64,000 nt of DNA, from the NCBI RefSeq assembly GCF_006345805.1, contig NC_043006.1, forward strand, positions 8,246,001 to 8,310,000, given 5' to 3'. Positions 12,440-26,035 of this stretch are shown here, piece after piece; the stretch's first letter is position 1, and each line of letters opens with the position of its first letter. The translations under genes and the position numbers were made by a program. The notes beneath the pieces were generated by a model, which saw nothing but the letters and a program-made list of their open reading frames with translations, was not told the DNA's origin and searched no databases. Source of the DNA: Octopus sinensis. Taxonomy: Eukaryota.

Positions 12440-13450
12440 CTCATCCATAAACTGAGCTATGGCAGACACTATTTAGACAACCATGACCTTAGTAGATTCT
12501 GTCCCACAAGATCACAGAGGGAAGACCACCCACCATCATCTCAGCAGTGACGAAAAGCACCACAGAGCGCTGGAGTTGCTGGAACATGCCCACCCATGAC
12601 CCTGAGAACAGGGATCGGGGGAAAAGAATGATTGCACATGCAATAGGGACCAGCATAAGAACCGCATTAAAGAACCACATAGTAAAGTTTAACAGGAAAA
12701 TATACATGAAGGATGAAGGTGCATCCATTGGTAGCTAACTCTATCCGCCAAAGTATCAAGGTAACTACAGACTACTCCACTAGGCATCCCAAAAATAAAT
12801 TCCCCTTTCTTGATATTGAACTTTGGTTAGAGACTGTGAACAACAGAGCATAGCTCCTCCTCTCCTATTACATGAAACCCATAGCTTCGAAATATGTTGT
12901 TCACAAGAACTCAGGTTTGTCACACATGAAAATCAGCATACTGATAGCAGACTTAGTTAGGAAAATGAACAACGTGCAAAGCTAAGTAAAACCTATGAAA
13001 CGAAGAAACAGGTTCAGAACTTCATGCACCACATACAATTCCTGGAATATGATCAGGAAAATAGGATTCGAGTATACAGGGGTACCAGAAAGAAGTTAGA
13101 TAACATTATAGGTAACGAAACTAGTGGTACCTGCCCTAGAAACAGGAGTTAAGACTGGAATAAAATACAAAGAGTTTGTTACAAAGCAAACAGGTTGAAG
13201 ACGTGGTACAAGGAGTGATGTTTGTAGGGGCCACAGCCCATGAAGAACTAGCTCGTAGATTTAGAAAAGCTCCGAAGAATGCCAAACTCAACATTAACAT
13301 CGTTGAAAAGCCAGGAAGCTCCATCAGATCGCAACTATGTAGGACCTACACCTTTGGAAATACCATATGCACCAATGATAACTCCATGGTGTGTAGGATT
13401 AACTCCGGCGTATAGTGCTATATACTGGAAAATGGAGAATATTTCACTTA
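12440..13450 (+). mobile_element. Penelope-like RT pseudogene fragment
   Basis: KNHIVKFNRKIYMKDEGASIG, PFLDIELW, YYMKPIASKYVVHKNS, IVEKPG and a Cys-rich end; multiple stops. Confidence 0.75.
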
Positions 13451-14176
13451 AACTATATCTTATGAATGTCTCTAAATCTAAACTTCAATGGAATAGGATA
13501 GCCTGTTGCGCCTACACACACGCATACACAGGCACACAGACACACAGACGCACACACACATACACACACGCGTACAGAATTACACTTATAAAGACGTACA
13601 CACAAGAATTTGGTATAATTGATTCAGAAGTGGAAGATATGTGACTAAAGTTCTGTATAGTCCAGGTTAAAATCAAAACACGTTGGTCCGAAAGAAATCG
13701 TTTAATGAAACACGAATGTTTGATGATTTCAACAACTCTCTTTGGACTAAGGAAATGATTCGCTGTGTCAATGTTTGGTATTTGAGATTTTGAAATCTTT
13801 TAATGTATTCTGTTTGGTTTCTTCACTGAGAGTTTCTTCATCGTGTTTGGCTGTTTGAATTTTGTGGGATTCTCCGTTGGAACTCTTTTAAAACTCGATA
13901 TTGTACGTTCTTTCGCATATATTACACCCACTGTTTGAACTGCGTTTATCATTCAACACACATCCACAGGTAGACATATGTGAGTGTGTATGTGTGTGTA
14001 CGTGCGTATGTGTGTGTGCGTGCGTGTTCATGTGTGTATGGGTGAGTGTGTGTGTGTGTGCAGGCGCGTGATGGTGTGTGCATATAGTGTATGAAACTGG
14101 CTGAGCATCAGAATTTTTTGTATTTAGATGTACATACATACACACACAGTCACACATACACACACATGCACACACA

Positions 14177-14211
<35 letters not shown>

Positions 14212-14214
14212 CAT

Positions 14215-14445
14215 ATATACTCTCTTTTACTCTCTTTTACTCTTTTACTTGTTTCAGTCATTTGACTGCGGCCATGCTGGAGCACCGCCCTTCGTCGAGC
14301 AAATCGACTCCGGGACTTATTCTTTGTAAGCCCAGTACTTATTCTATCGGTCTCTTTTGCCGAACCGCTAAGTGACGGGGACATACACACACCAGCATCG
14401 GTTGTCAAGCAATGCTAGGGGGACGAACACAAACAGACAAACACA
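14215..14445 (-). mobile_element. SINE family A, 3' half
   Basis: ctcttttactcttttacttgtttcagtcatttgactgcggccatgctgg. Confidence 0.9.
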
Positions 14446-14464
14446 CATATAGATATATATAAGG

Positions 14465-14512
<48 letters not shown>

Positions 14513-14657
14513 TTTATATATATGGTTATCAGTAATAATATATGAGATGATACTGAGTTGAGATGATGTCTTCTAGTACCTCGAAATTTAATATACAATT
14601 ATAGATATGTATATATAGATATATATGTATATATATATATAATATTATATATATATA

Positions 14658-14709
<52 letters not shown>

Positions 14710-15447
14710 AGAGAGACAGACAGACAGACAGTGAGAGATACACACAGACAGACAGTGAGAGAGAGAGAGAGATGCTTAGAGATATACTACATTAAGTTCT
14801 GTTCACATATCTCACAGATTTTAATTCGATTTAACGTGCACAGCACCTTCATTAGAATTCTGATGCGACGAATTAACATCTAAGTACAGCAGCCGGAAGC
14901 CTGAATATTTTAATATTAACTATATTAGCAAACATCTGTAATCATCGCATAGACAAGCAAAAACAGCTTCGAACCACCAAAGAAGCAGATTTGAACCACA
15001 CATTGCTAGCCATGAAATTGTACTGCCAGTGTAAAGAATAAATACTTCGTTTCCTACCCTTGTACGTACGTGCACGCACACACGCGTACACACAAAAGCT
15101 CGCACACACGCACACATACAAACACACACACACACACACACACGCACACACACACACACACCCACACATACACTAGACACTCAAGAGCATATTTTGATTT
15201 TGTGTAATTCTAATGAATATAAAAAAACTTGGAATCGACTGACATTATATAATGAAAATTAATCCTAAATTTTCTTGATTAATCTTTATATATATGTATA
15301 TATATACATTCATGAATACATGTATACATACATTCATGCATACATAGTAATATACATACATATACATGTATATATGCGTATGTATATATAAATATTTACA
15401 TAGTCGTATGTATTTACATGTATATGCATATGTGTATATGCATATGC

Positions 15448-15519
<72 letters not shown>

Positions 15520-15659
15520 TGTGTCATGAGAGGGAATGGTATCAGTAAGACCCAAAGGTGTTAGGTAATGCTGTGTAAGTGCTATGGATGACCAGGTTCT
15601 GTGATTATGCGAATAAAGAGTCCAACGTAGGTCATATATCAGCGCGTGTATATATTATT

Positions 15660-15860
15660 TTTTTAAAGAATGAGATAAAAAAAAACGAAGGCTGTGAAGA
15701 CTTTAGAACATTTATAAATAGAAAGTCAAACAGGTATTTCCAGGATATTTATTATATCCCTTCATCGGACACAGTGTGAGAAAATGGTTAAGCAATAGTT
15801 AGTTTAGATAAGATACGAAATAGTGATGAAATGAAGGAATGAAAACAGGTGTGAGATACG
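15660..15860 (-). mobile_element. PLE-type terminal repeat with degenerate hammerhead (family of 54037/54944)
   Basis: Reverse complement gtcCGATGAagggatat(aataa)atatcctgGAAAtacctgt at 15725-15771. Confidence 0.5.
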
Positions 15861-16009
15861 CAGGGATATTGCATTTGTAGATCCAGTATTTAAGCAGAAT
15901 GGTATACATGTAAGATTCCAATATCTTGTGAGTAAAATCCAATTGTATCTAAAATTGGTCATTTAAGTTAGGTCAAATTTTACCATTAAAGAAATCACTT
16001 CACATGTGC

Positions 16010-16790
16010 ATCGAAGAACTTGGTCTATGTTCTCAAATGTGGAGGGCGCGTGATGGAGACTACATATGTCAAGCTAGTTTGTCTTTGAGGGACAAACTGA
16101 CGGTACACTGGCAACAAATCCAGGACCCACGACCAGGAAAATTCCCGTAAGGAAACAAATAGACCAATGCCCCGAAAACATAAGCCCGAAATACCAAATT
16201 GTTCTTCTCTATCAATGCAGTGGAAACACTTTAGCCTAATTCCGGTCAAATAAGGAGTGCATTCTCATTAAAAAATATAAACCACAGCTGCATATCCTTT
16301 AGAAAGAAAAAGAAACACTAAGATGAAGAAAAAACTCAATTTCCCCACATAAAAAAACAACCAGATACAACAGATATAATTCGAAAAACGCTAGTAACAT
16401 TCTTCCTCTCGGGTTTCGAAACTGCAAATCCAAGTCACCATAAAATAACGCCATATAAACACCAGTTGCTGACGTCACCTAACTCTAGACTAAAGAAATT
16501 TTACCTCCGATCAGAACCAGACCTTCAGCAAATAAAGCAAACTGACCCTTTAAGAGAATCAGCCAACTGGAACGGTAGATGACCATTCCCTACAAGGAAA
16601 TCGACCAGGCAGAACGCCAAACTTGACCACCAGAAAGAATAAGACGTCATCAGAATTTTAACGAATCAAAAATTAGATCAGTTCACGCAAAAACTTATAA
16701 ATACACTGATTCCAAAACACTCCGTTACGAGCAAAATCCCTGCACGCGACGGCAAAATGAAAACAAGATCATAGAAACTGTAACAAACCC
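16010..16790 (+). mobile_element. Penelope-like GIY-YIG endonuclease remnant plus 3' region
   Basis: YVLKCGG..DYICQ..LRDKLTVHWQQIQDP and KECILIKKYKPQL. Confidence 0.7.
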
Positions 16791-17449
16791 ATCTTCTTTA
16801 CATTCTTCTTTCTCTCTCTCTCTCACTCTCTCACTCTCTCTCTCTCTCTCTCAGTCTCTCTCTCTCTCTCTTAACTCAGTATGACCGAATTATTGGTGAT
16901 AAACATTTTCCATATTCTTCGCCAATCATTTCTGATATTATTGAATTTTGCGAACATTTAACCTTTTAAACATGTTTTCTATTTCGCAATTAAAAAACAA
17001 ATAATCCCATACGTTTATACCATTGATAAACAAAAAATTGTTGAAACTAGTTTGGTATGTACGTAAATAACAGTTACAAGTTTTTCAAATTCAGATGCAT
17101 TTTCCACAACAAATTCTCCTATATTTTTTCCTGTGTGGAAATACACCCCTTCTTTTCTGAAATATAAATAGTAGTCTGGTGGAACATACTGTGCCATACA
17201 TCGTTTTACTTAAAGGTGAGAAATATTCCCAATCATTGTATGGTATGTTAGACATCTCTGACCGACAACGACTTTCGCCAGAATCCAAGATATAAAATAG
17301 ATAATGACAGGACTATACTTATCAGTGGCAGTACACGTTTAGCGGTTTAGTTGGAATTAATTTCAAAACTAAATCACGAACTTGACTCAATGCGAGCAGC
17401 TGTCATGCATTCCGTCTTGAATCCATGATTGGTGTGTTTCTTGACTTGA

Positions 17450-17830
17450 CAGGAAATGCCAACCATATAACAAATGGCAAACTGCCTTTATTCCAAACAT
17501 TAGTAGCATAAGTGATCAAGTAAAATTTCTATATAATTAAACATAACAGATTTATGACACTACGCCTGATGAAGACATCTTGCATCTAAGGCTTTATAGT
17601 TTTCTCAATGTGGAACTTGAAAGAAAAGTAAACTGCTACAGGCTGAAAACTAATTAAGTATCGGAATGGTTACATAATCCTCTAGTCTTGTGTTGATGCC
17701 TGCATCCTAATTCAGCTATGCTGTTTGGTATTCTGTTTCGACTATACTGAGACACGTCTGTAGAAGTGTCTATCTGACGATGTATGAAGAGCAGTAGACT
17801 CGAACATGTTGGTGGTTTTATTTATTTTCT
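17450..17830 (+). mobile_element. Probable PLE 3' remnant with split hammerhead-like core
   Basis: cctgatgaagac at about 17565, followed about 70 nt later by gctgaaa; weak evidence. Confidence 0.3.
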
Positions 17831-18013
17831 TAATGCAAATATACATTTAATACTAACAAATTCCCACATTCATACATATTAATGTGTACTATGTATGTGT
17901 ACATGTATACTTTTATTATTATCTCTCTATCCGTCTGTGTGTCTGTGTATGTCTGTCTAGGTAGTTATCTCTCTCTCCTTGTTTCTCCACTCACTCTCAC
18001 ACTTATTCTTTAG

Positions 18014-18061
<48 letters not shown>

Positions 18062-18070
18062 GTGTGTATG

Positions 18071-18104
<34 letters not shown>

Positions 18105-18108
<4 letters not shown>

Positions 18109-18830
18109 AGGAGCGATGTCAGTACACATGCACGGTACACAGCAATTTTTGTTTGCTTTGTTAAGCCATGCTGGGACAAGACACGAAACTGAAGAGACCA
18201 GAAGGACTCAGTTGTTCACTGCAGCCCGAAAGATACTTCATCATACTAAGAGCAAGAACGGCTGGGCGTGCTGCCCAGGTAGACAAAGTTGTTTACCACT
18301 TACAGAATTATTTCTTCAACCAAGATAGCTTGTTCCACTTATGGATTTCCTAGTGCAGGCTGGAACATTAAATCAGTCTTGTCCAGACTAATGCTGAGTA
18401 CAAATGCGTAATTAAGTATCATGTAAGGGCTTATGAACGCTTTCATGAGAGATGTCTCAGACACATACTGAATGTTGGCTGGACCTTAAAAACCAAAGAC
18501 ACACAGGTCCTGAGGACAGCTGATATCTCGAGTATTAGGGCAATGGTGCACAAGCACCGGATACGTTAGACTGAACACCTTATTAGCATGAAGGATATCA
18601 AGATCCCTAAGCAGATGCTATATGGGGAACGTGCGGATGGAAAGAGACCCTGGCAGGAAGCAAAGCTCCGATTTAAGGATTGTGTCAAGACCTCATTAAA
18701 CATCTCTGACTTGCAGGAGACTGACTGGGAGAGCAAGGCCTGTCATCACCACAGATGGAGGAAGACGTTTAAGAGGGGAGTCGACACTTTTGTGAGAGCA
18801 CGTATTCTGCATGAAAACTTTAAGCGTGCT
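18105..18830 (+). mobile_element. RTE/BovB-like LINE 3' fragment
   Basis: KIPKQMLYGERADGKRP..KLRFKDCVKTSL..WESKA..RWRK. Confidence 0.85.
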
Positions 18831-18945
18831 TAGTTATTCATGGGCACTGATATTTAATGGCGGTGCCCCAGCATGGCCACAGCTTGAGCTGAAACTAGAT
18901 GAAATAAATAATAAAAAAAACTATATTATATATATATGTGTGTAT

Positions 18946-18988
<43 letters not shown>

Positions 18989-19109
18989 TGTGTGTGTGTG
19001 TATGCAATTTAACATTAAACTGAACGTTTAGTTATAACTCTGTCTGCCTGTGTGTGAATGGGAAGGTGTGAAAGGAGCATGTATTATTATCATTATTATT
19101 ATTATTATT

Positions 19110-19752
19110 CAGTAGTTTTATTTTTATAGCGTGCTTTCACTTCACTACCGAGCGCAGCTCTGTGTGCCTTGGGTATGTGCTGTGATTTGTTGTGATGCTC
19201 TGATGGTTATTGTATGGAAAGTGTTCTGCGTAGGATGTGTGCAGTGCCTAGTAGTGCAATTTTCTGTATGCTATATGTGTTTGTAAGTTCTGGTGTTTTT
19301 GTTATGTATTTGTCTGAATATTTTTTTATCATGCCTAATGCACTTAATATGATAGGAATTGTTTCTGTTTTCAGATTCCACATTCTGGTTACCTCTATTT
19401 CCAGGTCTTTGTATTTTGAGAGTTTCTCCATTTCTTTTAGAGACACGTTGTCATCTGCCGGTATTGATACATCAATTAGAAAGCATTTTTTTTCTTCATG
19501 ATCTCTGGCAACTGTATCTGGTCTGTTGGCCTTAATTTCTCTATCTGTGTGTATCAGCATATCCCAGAGTATGGTTGCTTTCTCGTTTTCTGTGACCTTT
19601 TCTGGTGTGTGCCTATACCATCTTTTTTCTGTTGTTATTCCATAATGTTGGCATAGCTTCCAATGTATGTAGGTTCCAACTCTGTCATGTCTGTGAATAT
19701 ATTCCTTCTTAGCCAAGACTGGGCATATATTCCTTCTTAGCCAAGACTGGGC
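19110..19752 (-). mobile_element. Dong-like family 1 LINE, 5'-truncated, intact RLE frame
   Basis: ORF 19207-19716 contains RHDRVG, ILWD, NRPD, IDVSIPAD, KEMEKLSKYKDL and LGTAHILRRTL; TAA tail. Confidence 0.92.
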
Positions 19753-19792
19753 TTATTATCATTAAACTTATTATCGTACATTAAACTTATTA

Positions 19793-19843
<51 letters not shown>

Positions 19844-19868
19844 TATTATTATTATTATTATTATTATT
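19753..19868. repeat. (TTA)n microsatellite
   Basis: Direct reading. Confidence 0.9.
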
Positions 19869-20100
19869 GCTTTTTGCCTTTGCACAGCTTCTAACTCTGG
19901 CGATGTGCTACAGTGTCAGCTGTTGACTATCAGTGAACTAACACCTCTTATTTTTCGATCACCTTCCAGAGCATTCGACCGGTTCCAAGCAGTGCTGTTT
20001 TCTGCAACTGCTCCACACTTACTGCAGTCACTATTTTTTCCTCGTACTTCTCGAGATTTGTACTCACTGTTCCCAGGGATCCGACAATTATTGGTACTTT
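19869..20100 (-). mobile_element. Dong-like family 3 LINE 3' end
   Basis: Minus-strand VPIIVGSLGTVSTNLEKY..EQLQKTALLGTGRMLWKV; (TAA)n tail. Confidence 0.8.
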
Positions 20101-20306
20101 TTACTCTCTCTCTCTCTTTTACTCTTTTACTTGTTTCAGTCATTTGACTGCGGCCATGCTGGAGCACCGCCTTTAGTCGAGCAACTCGACCCCGGGACTT
20201 ATTCTTTTGTAAGCCCAGTACTTATTCTATCGGTCTCTTTTTCCGAACCGCTAAGTAACGGGGACATAAACACTAGGGGACAAACACAGACACACAAACA
20301 CACACA

Positions 20307-20342
<36 letters not shown>
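20101..20342 (-). mobile_element. SINE family A, 3' half (split by a DNA transposon)
   Basis: The matching 5' half resumes at 21559. Confidence 0.9.
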
Positions 20343-20344
<2 letters not shown>

Positions 20345-20347
<3 letters not shown>

Positions 20348-21556
20348 GGTGTCCCAAAACAATGTACACACACTTTAGCAGCTGATAACTCAATTAATAT
20401 TTTTTCTTTCCAGATGAAACCTAAGGGATTTAATGATGGTAGTCAGATTAAGCTTTGAACAAAGAAAATTCATTCTAAAATAATACTGGAAGTGTGAAAA
20501 TGCAGTTGAAGTGCAAAAACAGTTGGGGAGGGAGTTTCAAACAGATCCACCAATGCAACTCCCTATCACTTGAATTAGATATAAGTTTGAAGCTGAAGGA
20601 ACTGTTCAGAATGTCCCCGAATATCAACAACCCCAACAAAGCAAGGAGTACTGGAAATGAATCACCAAAGTCCAAGAAAATATGTGCGGCAAAGCGAGTC
20701 ATGAGGTAGGTATTCCAAAATGCATTTTGAAGCATTGTCAATGGAAAAGTTACATTCCAAGATTAGTCCATGCTATTAATGACGATGATCCAGACGAAAG
20801 AGTGCAGCATTGCGAGTGGTACTTGGCACGATGTGTAGAAGATGCGCACTTTCCAACAAAGATTGTGTGGAGTGATGAAGCCACATTCAAATTAAATGGT
20901 TCAATTAACTGCCACAATTGCACCTACTGGGGTCCTGAGAATCTGCATGTTATGGTGAAACACCATGTTAATTTGATATTTGTGTGGTGTGGTTTATCAT
21001 CAAGAGGATTAATTGGACCATTCTTTTCTTATGCTACTGTGACTGGTCCCGTTTACTTGAACTTGTTGCAACAGTCTGTTATGCCAAGCACTAGAGAAGA
21101 CTTTGAAGATGAGGAGTTTTATTTTCAGCAAGATGGGGCACCCCCACACTACCATTGCTATGTTAGATCCTTCCTTGATGAGATCTTGCTAAACAGGTGG
21201 ATTGGATGAAGAGGTATGGTTCAATTCACCAGACCTCACACCACTATACTTTTTTATGGGGATACCTTAAAGACAAATTCTACGCTATGAAACCTACAAG
21301 TCGCTGATTTGAGAGCAGCCATTGGACGAGAGTGCACACAAATACCAAACAAATTTTTTTGTGATATTTGTGATTCCATTCCTTTGCGTTGTCAGCAGTG
21401 CCTGGACAAGACCGGACATCAGTTTGAAAACAGGCATTGACAAAACAATAAAGTAATGTCTGTAGATTCTATTAAATTTTGAAAATGAAGTGTCTTTTAA
21501 TAAACAACTACTTTCCAATTGTTTAAAGTGTGCATACATTTTTTTGGGACATCCTG
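20345..21556 (+). mobile_element. Tc1/mariner-superfamily transposon of DD41D (rosa/Visitor) type, defective
   Basis: TIRs cagggtgtcccaaaa / ttttgggacatcctg with TA TSD; [16 protein letters not shown] and SPDLTPL-like..FLWGYLK motifs; stops and small deletions, so the DD41D spacing is assigned from motif similarity. Confidence 0.85.
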
Positions 21557-21558
21557 TA

Positions 21559-21671
21559 TATATACATATATACGACGGGCTTCTTTCAGTTTCCGTCTAC
21601 CAAATCCACTCACAAGGCTTTGGTTGGCCCGAGGCTATAGTAGAAGACACTTGCCCAAGGTGCCACGCAGT
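21559..21671 (-). mobile_element. SINE family A, 5' half
   Basis: cgacgggcttctttcagtttccgtctacc...cccaaggtgccacgcagt. Confidence 0.88.
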
Positions 21672-21719
21672 ACTACTGTTATCTTTTTCATTGTTGTTGT
21701 TGTTGTTATTATTATTATT

Positions 21720-24100
21720 TAACATTTGGTAGATTCAGGCAAATTTTTACTGCATCAACTGCTACACCTCCGTGTAGCACAATTATGTGTTATTTACTGT
21801 TGTCGGAGGAGCGCAAACTCTTCCGGCATTGTATTGCGCCGGTTCGTTTTGTTATGGGGACTGGTCGCAGTCTTTTGTCGCATCAGTGTTTGTATTGCGT
21901 GTTGTGTGTTATGTGGGTTGTGTTCTGTTGGGTATCCGGCATCTGGTGGCTGTTTATTTTATTGAATATTTACTCTATAGAGTGTCTTGTGTACGTGGAT
22001 TGTTTTGCTTGGGTTATGTTATTGAATCGATAGTGTCTTACGTGGAACGTGGATCGTACATAGATGGGCTATTTGTTGGATAGTGTGTAGTGTTAAGTGT
22101 CCCTGTATAGCTTTTATGTTTTTGTTCATATGTTTTTATCATACCCAATACTGCAGCTACTACTGGTATTGTTTTTACCTTCATACCCCATATCGTGAAT
22201 ACTTCAAATTTGAAGTCTTGATACTTTGACAATATTTCTACCTCTTATTGGGCACTATTGTAATCAGAAGCCATTGTGATGTCTGTCGTATTTTTTCCTG
22301 ATCCTTGATAGTTATTTGTCGAAGAATAGCTTCTATGTTTGATCAGTCTGAACAGATATATCCCAGATGAGTGTGCTATGTACCTTGTTTGCATATTGTT
22401 GGCATATTGCCCAGTGGGTGTTAGTACCTACTCGGTCATGTCTGTATACATATATCCAAATTTGGCAAAAGCTGGGAAGCCAGAGATGATGTTGTCAACT
22501 GCCTCATTGAGCTGGTTGCACATTTTGCATTTGGTGTTAGAGCCTGTTTTTATTATTCTCCTTTTATAGTTGTTTATGGTCAAACATTGGGCTTGTGCTT
22601 CTAGAATCGGTATTTCTGCTTCTGCTCTTAGTCCAGAGCTTTTGAACCATTTGTGGATTTTATTTAAGATCACTTCTTCCATGTAAATCCTTACGGGATA
22701 TTGATCATGGAGTGAATTTTCTCTCCATTTTCCCATTTGTATATGTTCTAGTCCTGTTTCCATGTTGTTTTTTGTCTCTTTGATCATTTCTACTGTTGTC
22801 ATCTGAGATTGGTGTATCAGTGTAATTTTCTACGGTTTTGTATGCAGTCACCTTCTTGTCTATAGAGAAAGCGTTTTCTTTTCCTGTGTTCCGTTATCAA
22901 ATGAATTAGTCTTCCACATTTTGTTTCTAAGTTTCTAGTCTAACTATTATTTTATAATAATCCTCTATCTGTACCAATCTGCGACCTCCTTCTGTGCGGG
23001 GTAGAGATATTGTATCTGTCTCTGCTTTGGGGTGCTCTCTTCGGTATGCCGTTAATAGTTTTCTGGGTTTTCTATTTAAGTCTCTCAATTCGCTGATCTT
23101 CCAGTTTATAATTTTGAATCTGTAATTTATCACTGGCATGGCAAGTGTGTTTATCCCTATTATCTAATCTTCGGGATTTAATTCAATGTTTAATATTAGT
23201 CTAACATTTCTGTAATATTCCTTCCTAATTTTGTCTTTCATTTCTCTTAGTTGTACTTTAGCTGTCTCGTCTATTCCTAGATATTTGTACGGGCGACTGT
23301 TTTCTAATACTCTGATTTCTGTGTCTATGTCGATAACAATATTTTCAGTGCAGATTAATTTGACTCTTCTCAGTGTCACTTTGGCAAATTTGTCCAGCTC
23401 CATACTCAACTTAATGTCCTTGGTGAAATTATGGACAATTTTCAGAATATGTCTCTGTTCCCTGGTATCTTTAGTGAAAATATTTACATCATCATCGTAT
23501 AGTGTTTTCGTTTATCGTCTGTCCATAGTATCTGTAATCCATGGTTGTTTCATTTAACAAGTTTGTTAGTGAGGTCATAGTAAGGCAGAAAAGCAGGGGT
23601 GACAGCGCGTCTACTTGGAAAAACCCTCTTCTTATGGGTATAATGCAGCTTTTAATGTCTTGTGATTCATTTTTTCGTGATATACTTAATTTTCTAGTTA
23701 GCCATTACATATTGATACTTTAGTAGTGTTGGAGCAACCTTAATTATGTGGGGAGATTCCAGTAGCCATGAATGTAGAACACCGTCTAATGTTTTGTGGT
23801 AAGCAATCTAAGCCATGCTGAGGTTTGCCTTTCGCTTTCTGGAATCCTCTATGATGGCTCGATTCGCCAGAAGTTGCTCTTTACAGCCATACACTGTTCT
23901 CTGGCCACCATTTCGTTCTTCTGGTAAAACATTGTTGTTCTCCAGGTGTATTACACGCCAGTTATATATGACTGATACGAGGGTGTTGGTAGGTTTTGGT
24001 GCATAGTGCTGGAAAGATTTTTATTGAAGACCGATTTAAAACTGAAGTTTCCAAAGAACTAACTAGCATAAGCGACCAAAATCCGCATATATCATTACAT
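21720..24100 (-). mobile_element. Long decayed R4/Dong-like LINE (RT, CCHC, RLE)
   Basis: YDDDVNIF, PYKYLGI, HPKAETD..LPRTEGGR, LHDQY, KCKMC..NIISG and KTIPVV motifs; (TAA/CAA)n tail at about 21690. Confidence 0.85.
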
Positions 24101-24329
24101 TCGTATTATTCCCTATCGTTCTCCGATTATTTTCTCTCGGTAGACTCCACAAACTGATAATAAAACTACTAAAGCGGCTATAGAAGGGCTACAACCAAGT
24201 AAACATCGTTCGCAAAGTAGGAATACAATCTAAGAAAACAACTTTCTAGGATTGGAGATCAAAGAGACAATAGGTAATGAATTTGGAACGTACAAGTAAG
24301 CAATTTTTCGCAAACAGGTGGTCATTAGA

Positions 24330-24560
24330 AGGCGGTAATCAGATCTAGAATCAACAGGGAATTAGCCAACGATAAACAACAACGTGCAATTATAATGTTT
24401 GAGTTGTTTAGAAAACAAATTTTACATTGGGTACAATAGCAATGTTACCAAGTAAAACACAACTTACAAATTACTAGAATGACTCGACAACTGTAGATAA
24501 CGCTTTAATAAATGAAGATTTAGTAACCAGTCAATACTCATACAAAACATAATGTATCTA
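24330..24560 (+). mobile_element. Possible GIY-YIG (PLE) remnant
   Basis: CLSCLENKFYIGYNSN peptide only. Confidence 0.3.
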
Positions 24561-25775
24561 ATCTTATGTAGGTATAATAATATACAATACCTAAAATGAA
24601 AAAAAGTTCACATGTTTATCTATAGTGTACATACTATTTTTGATTGACGTTGTATATTTTGTAGAAAGAAAGAGGAATTTAGAGTATTTTACCATACAAT
24701 TAATGAAGGCTGTTTTCAAGTGGTTTTGTTACGAAAATGTATAATTCTGTGCATGTAAGTACAATTTCGTGACAGTATACTGGAATAAAGTATAAAACCA
24801 TAAGTTTTATCATAAATAATCTACTTTACACGTGCACCGTATTTCAACTTTATCTTCTTTCAGATCAACTATATTGTCGCTTATATTCTGTTCGAGAGAA
24901 TTACCATACAGAATGTGTAATTCGTATTTCTAGTTGTGGCATTTTGTATAGACGTGATTAGTGTCAGGCTCGTACGCAGCAGCTATGAATTCGTTGCAAA
25001 TAACTGATAGGCGGATGAAAGTTTAAGAATCGTTTCATCAATTTATGAGAAAGATTATTTAAGTAACAACAAAATGCTTCTTAAAGGTAACAGACTTATT
25101 AAATAATGTACTACACATATCAGGTATTGATTATGTACGCTCAGGAAAGGGACATAATGAAAATATATGAGCTCACCAAGTAACTACCGTCGTAAGATTA
25201 CGTTAATAGCTTTTTATACTTTATACGTTATATTTAGATATTTAAAAAAAATTTAATAATAGTTGTTGTGACGAGTAGGATTATGTTAATTCGGTTCCTT
25301 GGCCTACGACATCTCCATGTTCAAAATACGGCCACATTAGATGCAGGGTAATAGTTTTATACATTAAGAATAATGCGTCTTATATTCTGGCTCATGCGGA
25401 AATAAGGAGCCATATCACTTTAATGTATGCCCATGATAAGATGAGAAATTTATTATGATTTTTCCCTTCAAAAACATGAAGCAATCTAAAATAACGTCTC
25501 TTCCACAGTACAATTACAGTAAGATAGCCACAATGTTTACATGCCTTTCAGTCAAAGAGGATTTGTTACGCTTTACCCAGAGGCTCAGGAAATGTTTAGC
25601 GTTTTACTATTACTCATGGTATTGTTATCAAACTTCACTAAAAGGAAATAGTGAATACTTGGGAATTTGCGAGAATTCATTGTATTTATTGTATTTTGTA
25701 TTTCGTTAAAACCGTCATTGTCATTGTATTGGGCTAGTCTTCCTTGGCAGGAGATACTCTATTGTTTGAAAATTA

Positions 25776-25818
<43 letters not shown>

Positions 25819-25825
25819 ATATATA

Positions 25826-26035
25826 TAGTTAATCCAAATATGAACAAAGAGAAAACACAACAACGCGAGGACGTGGAACAAGCATAGTGTTATTGGACGC
25901 TCAGGAAAGGAAAGAAAGAAGAAGGATTTTCAACGTTTCGAGCGGAGCTCTTCGTCAGAAAAATAGAAAAAGGTAAAGGTCCAAGGAATGGAAGACGGAG
26001 AAAGAAAATCGCCAACGATACACACGTGGTCACAT
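25826..26035 (-). mobile_element. Short hammerhead-bearing element next to (TA)n (family F1 relative)
   Basis: Shares acgctcaggaa..acgtttcgagc..gctctt..cagaaa layout with the 28403, 34268 and 57330 copies. Confidence 0.65.
25925..25964 (-). ncRNA. Minimal type-I hammerhead ribozyme, canonical core
   Basis: auuuuu-CUGACGA-a-gagc(ucc)gcuc-GAAA-cg-UU-gaaaau. Confidence 0.7.

Noticed and set aside
17015-17288. ORFs MAQYVPPDYYLYFRKEG and MDSGESRCRS as host exons
   Set aside because: No recognisable family, and splice signals are ambiguous on both strands; tBLASTn or RNA-seq would be needed.
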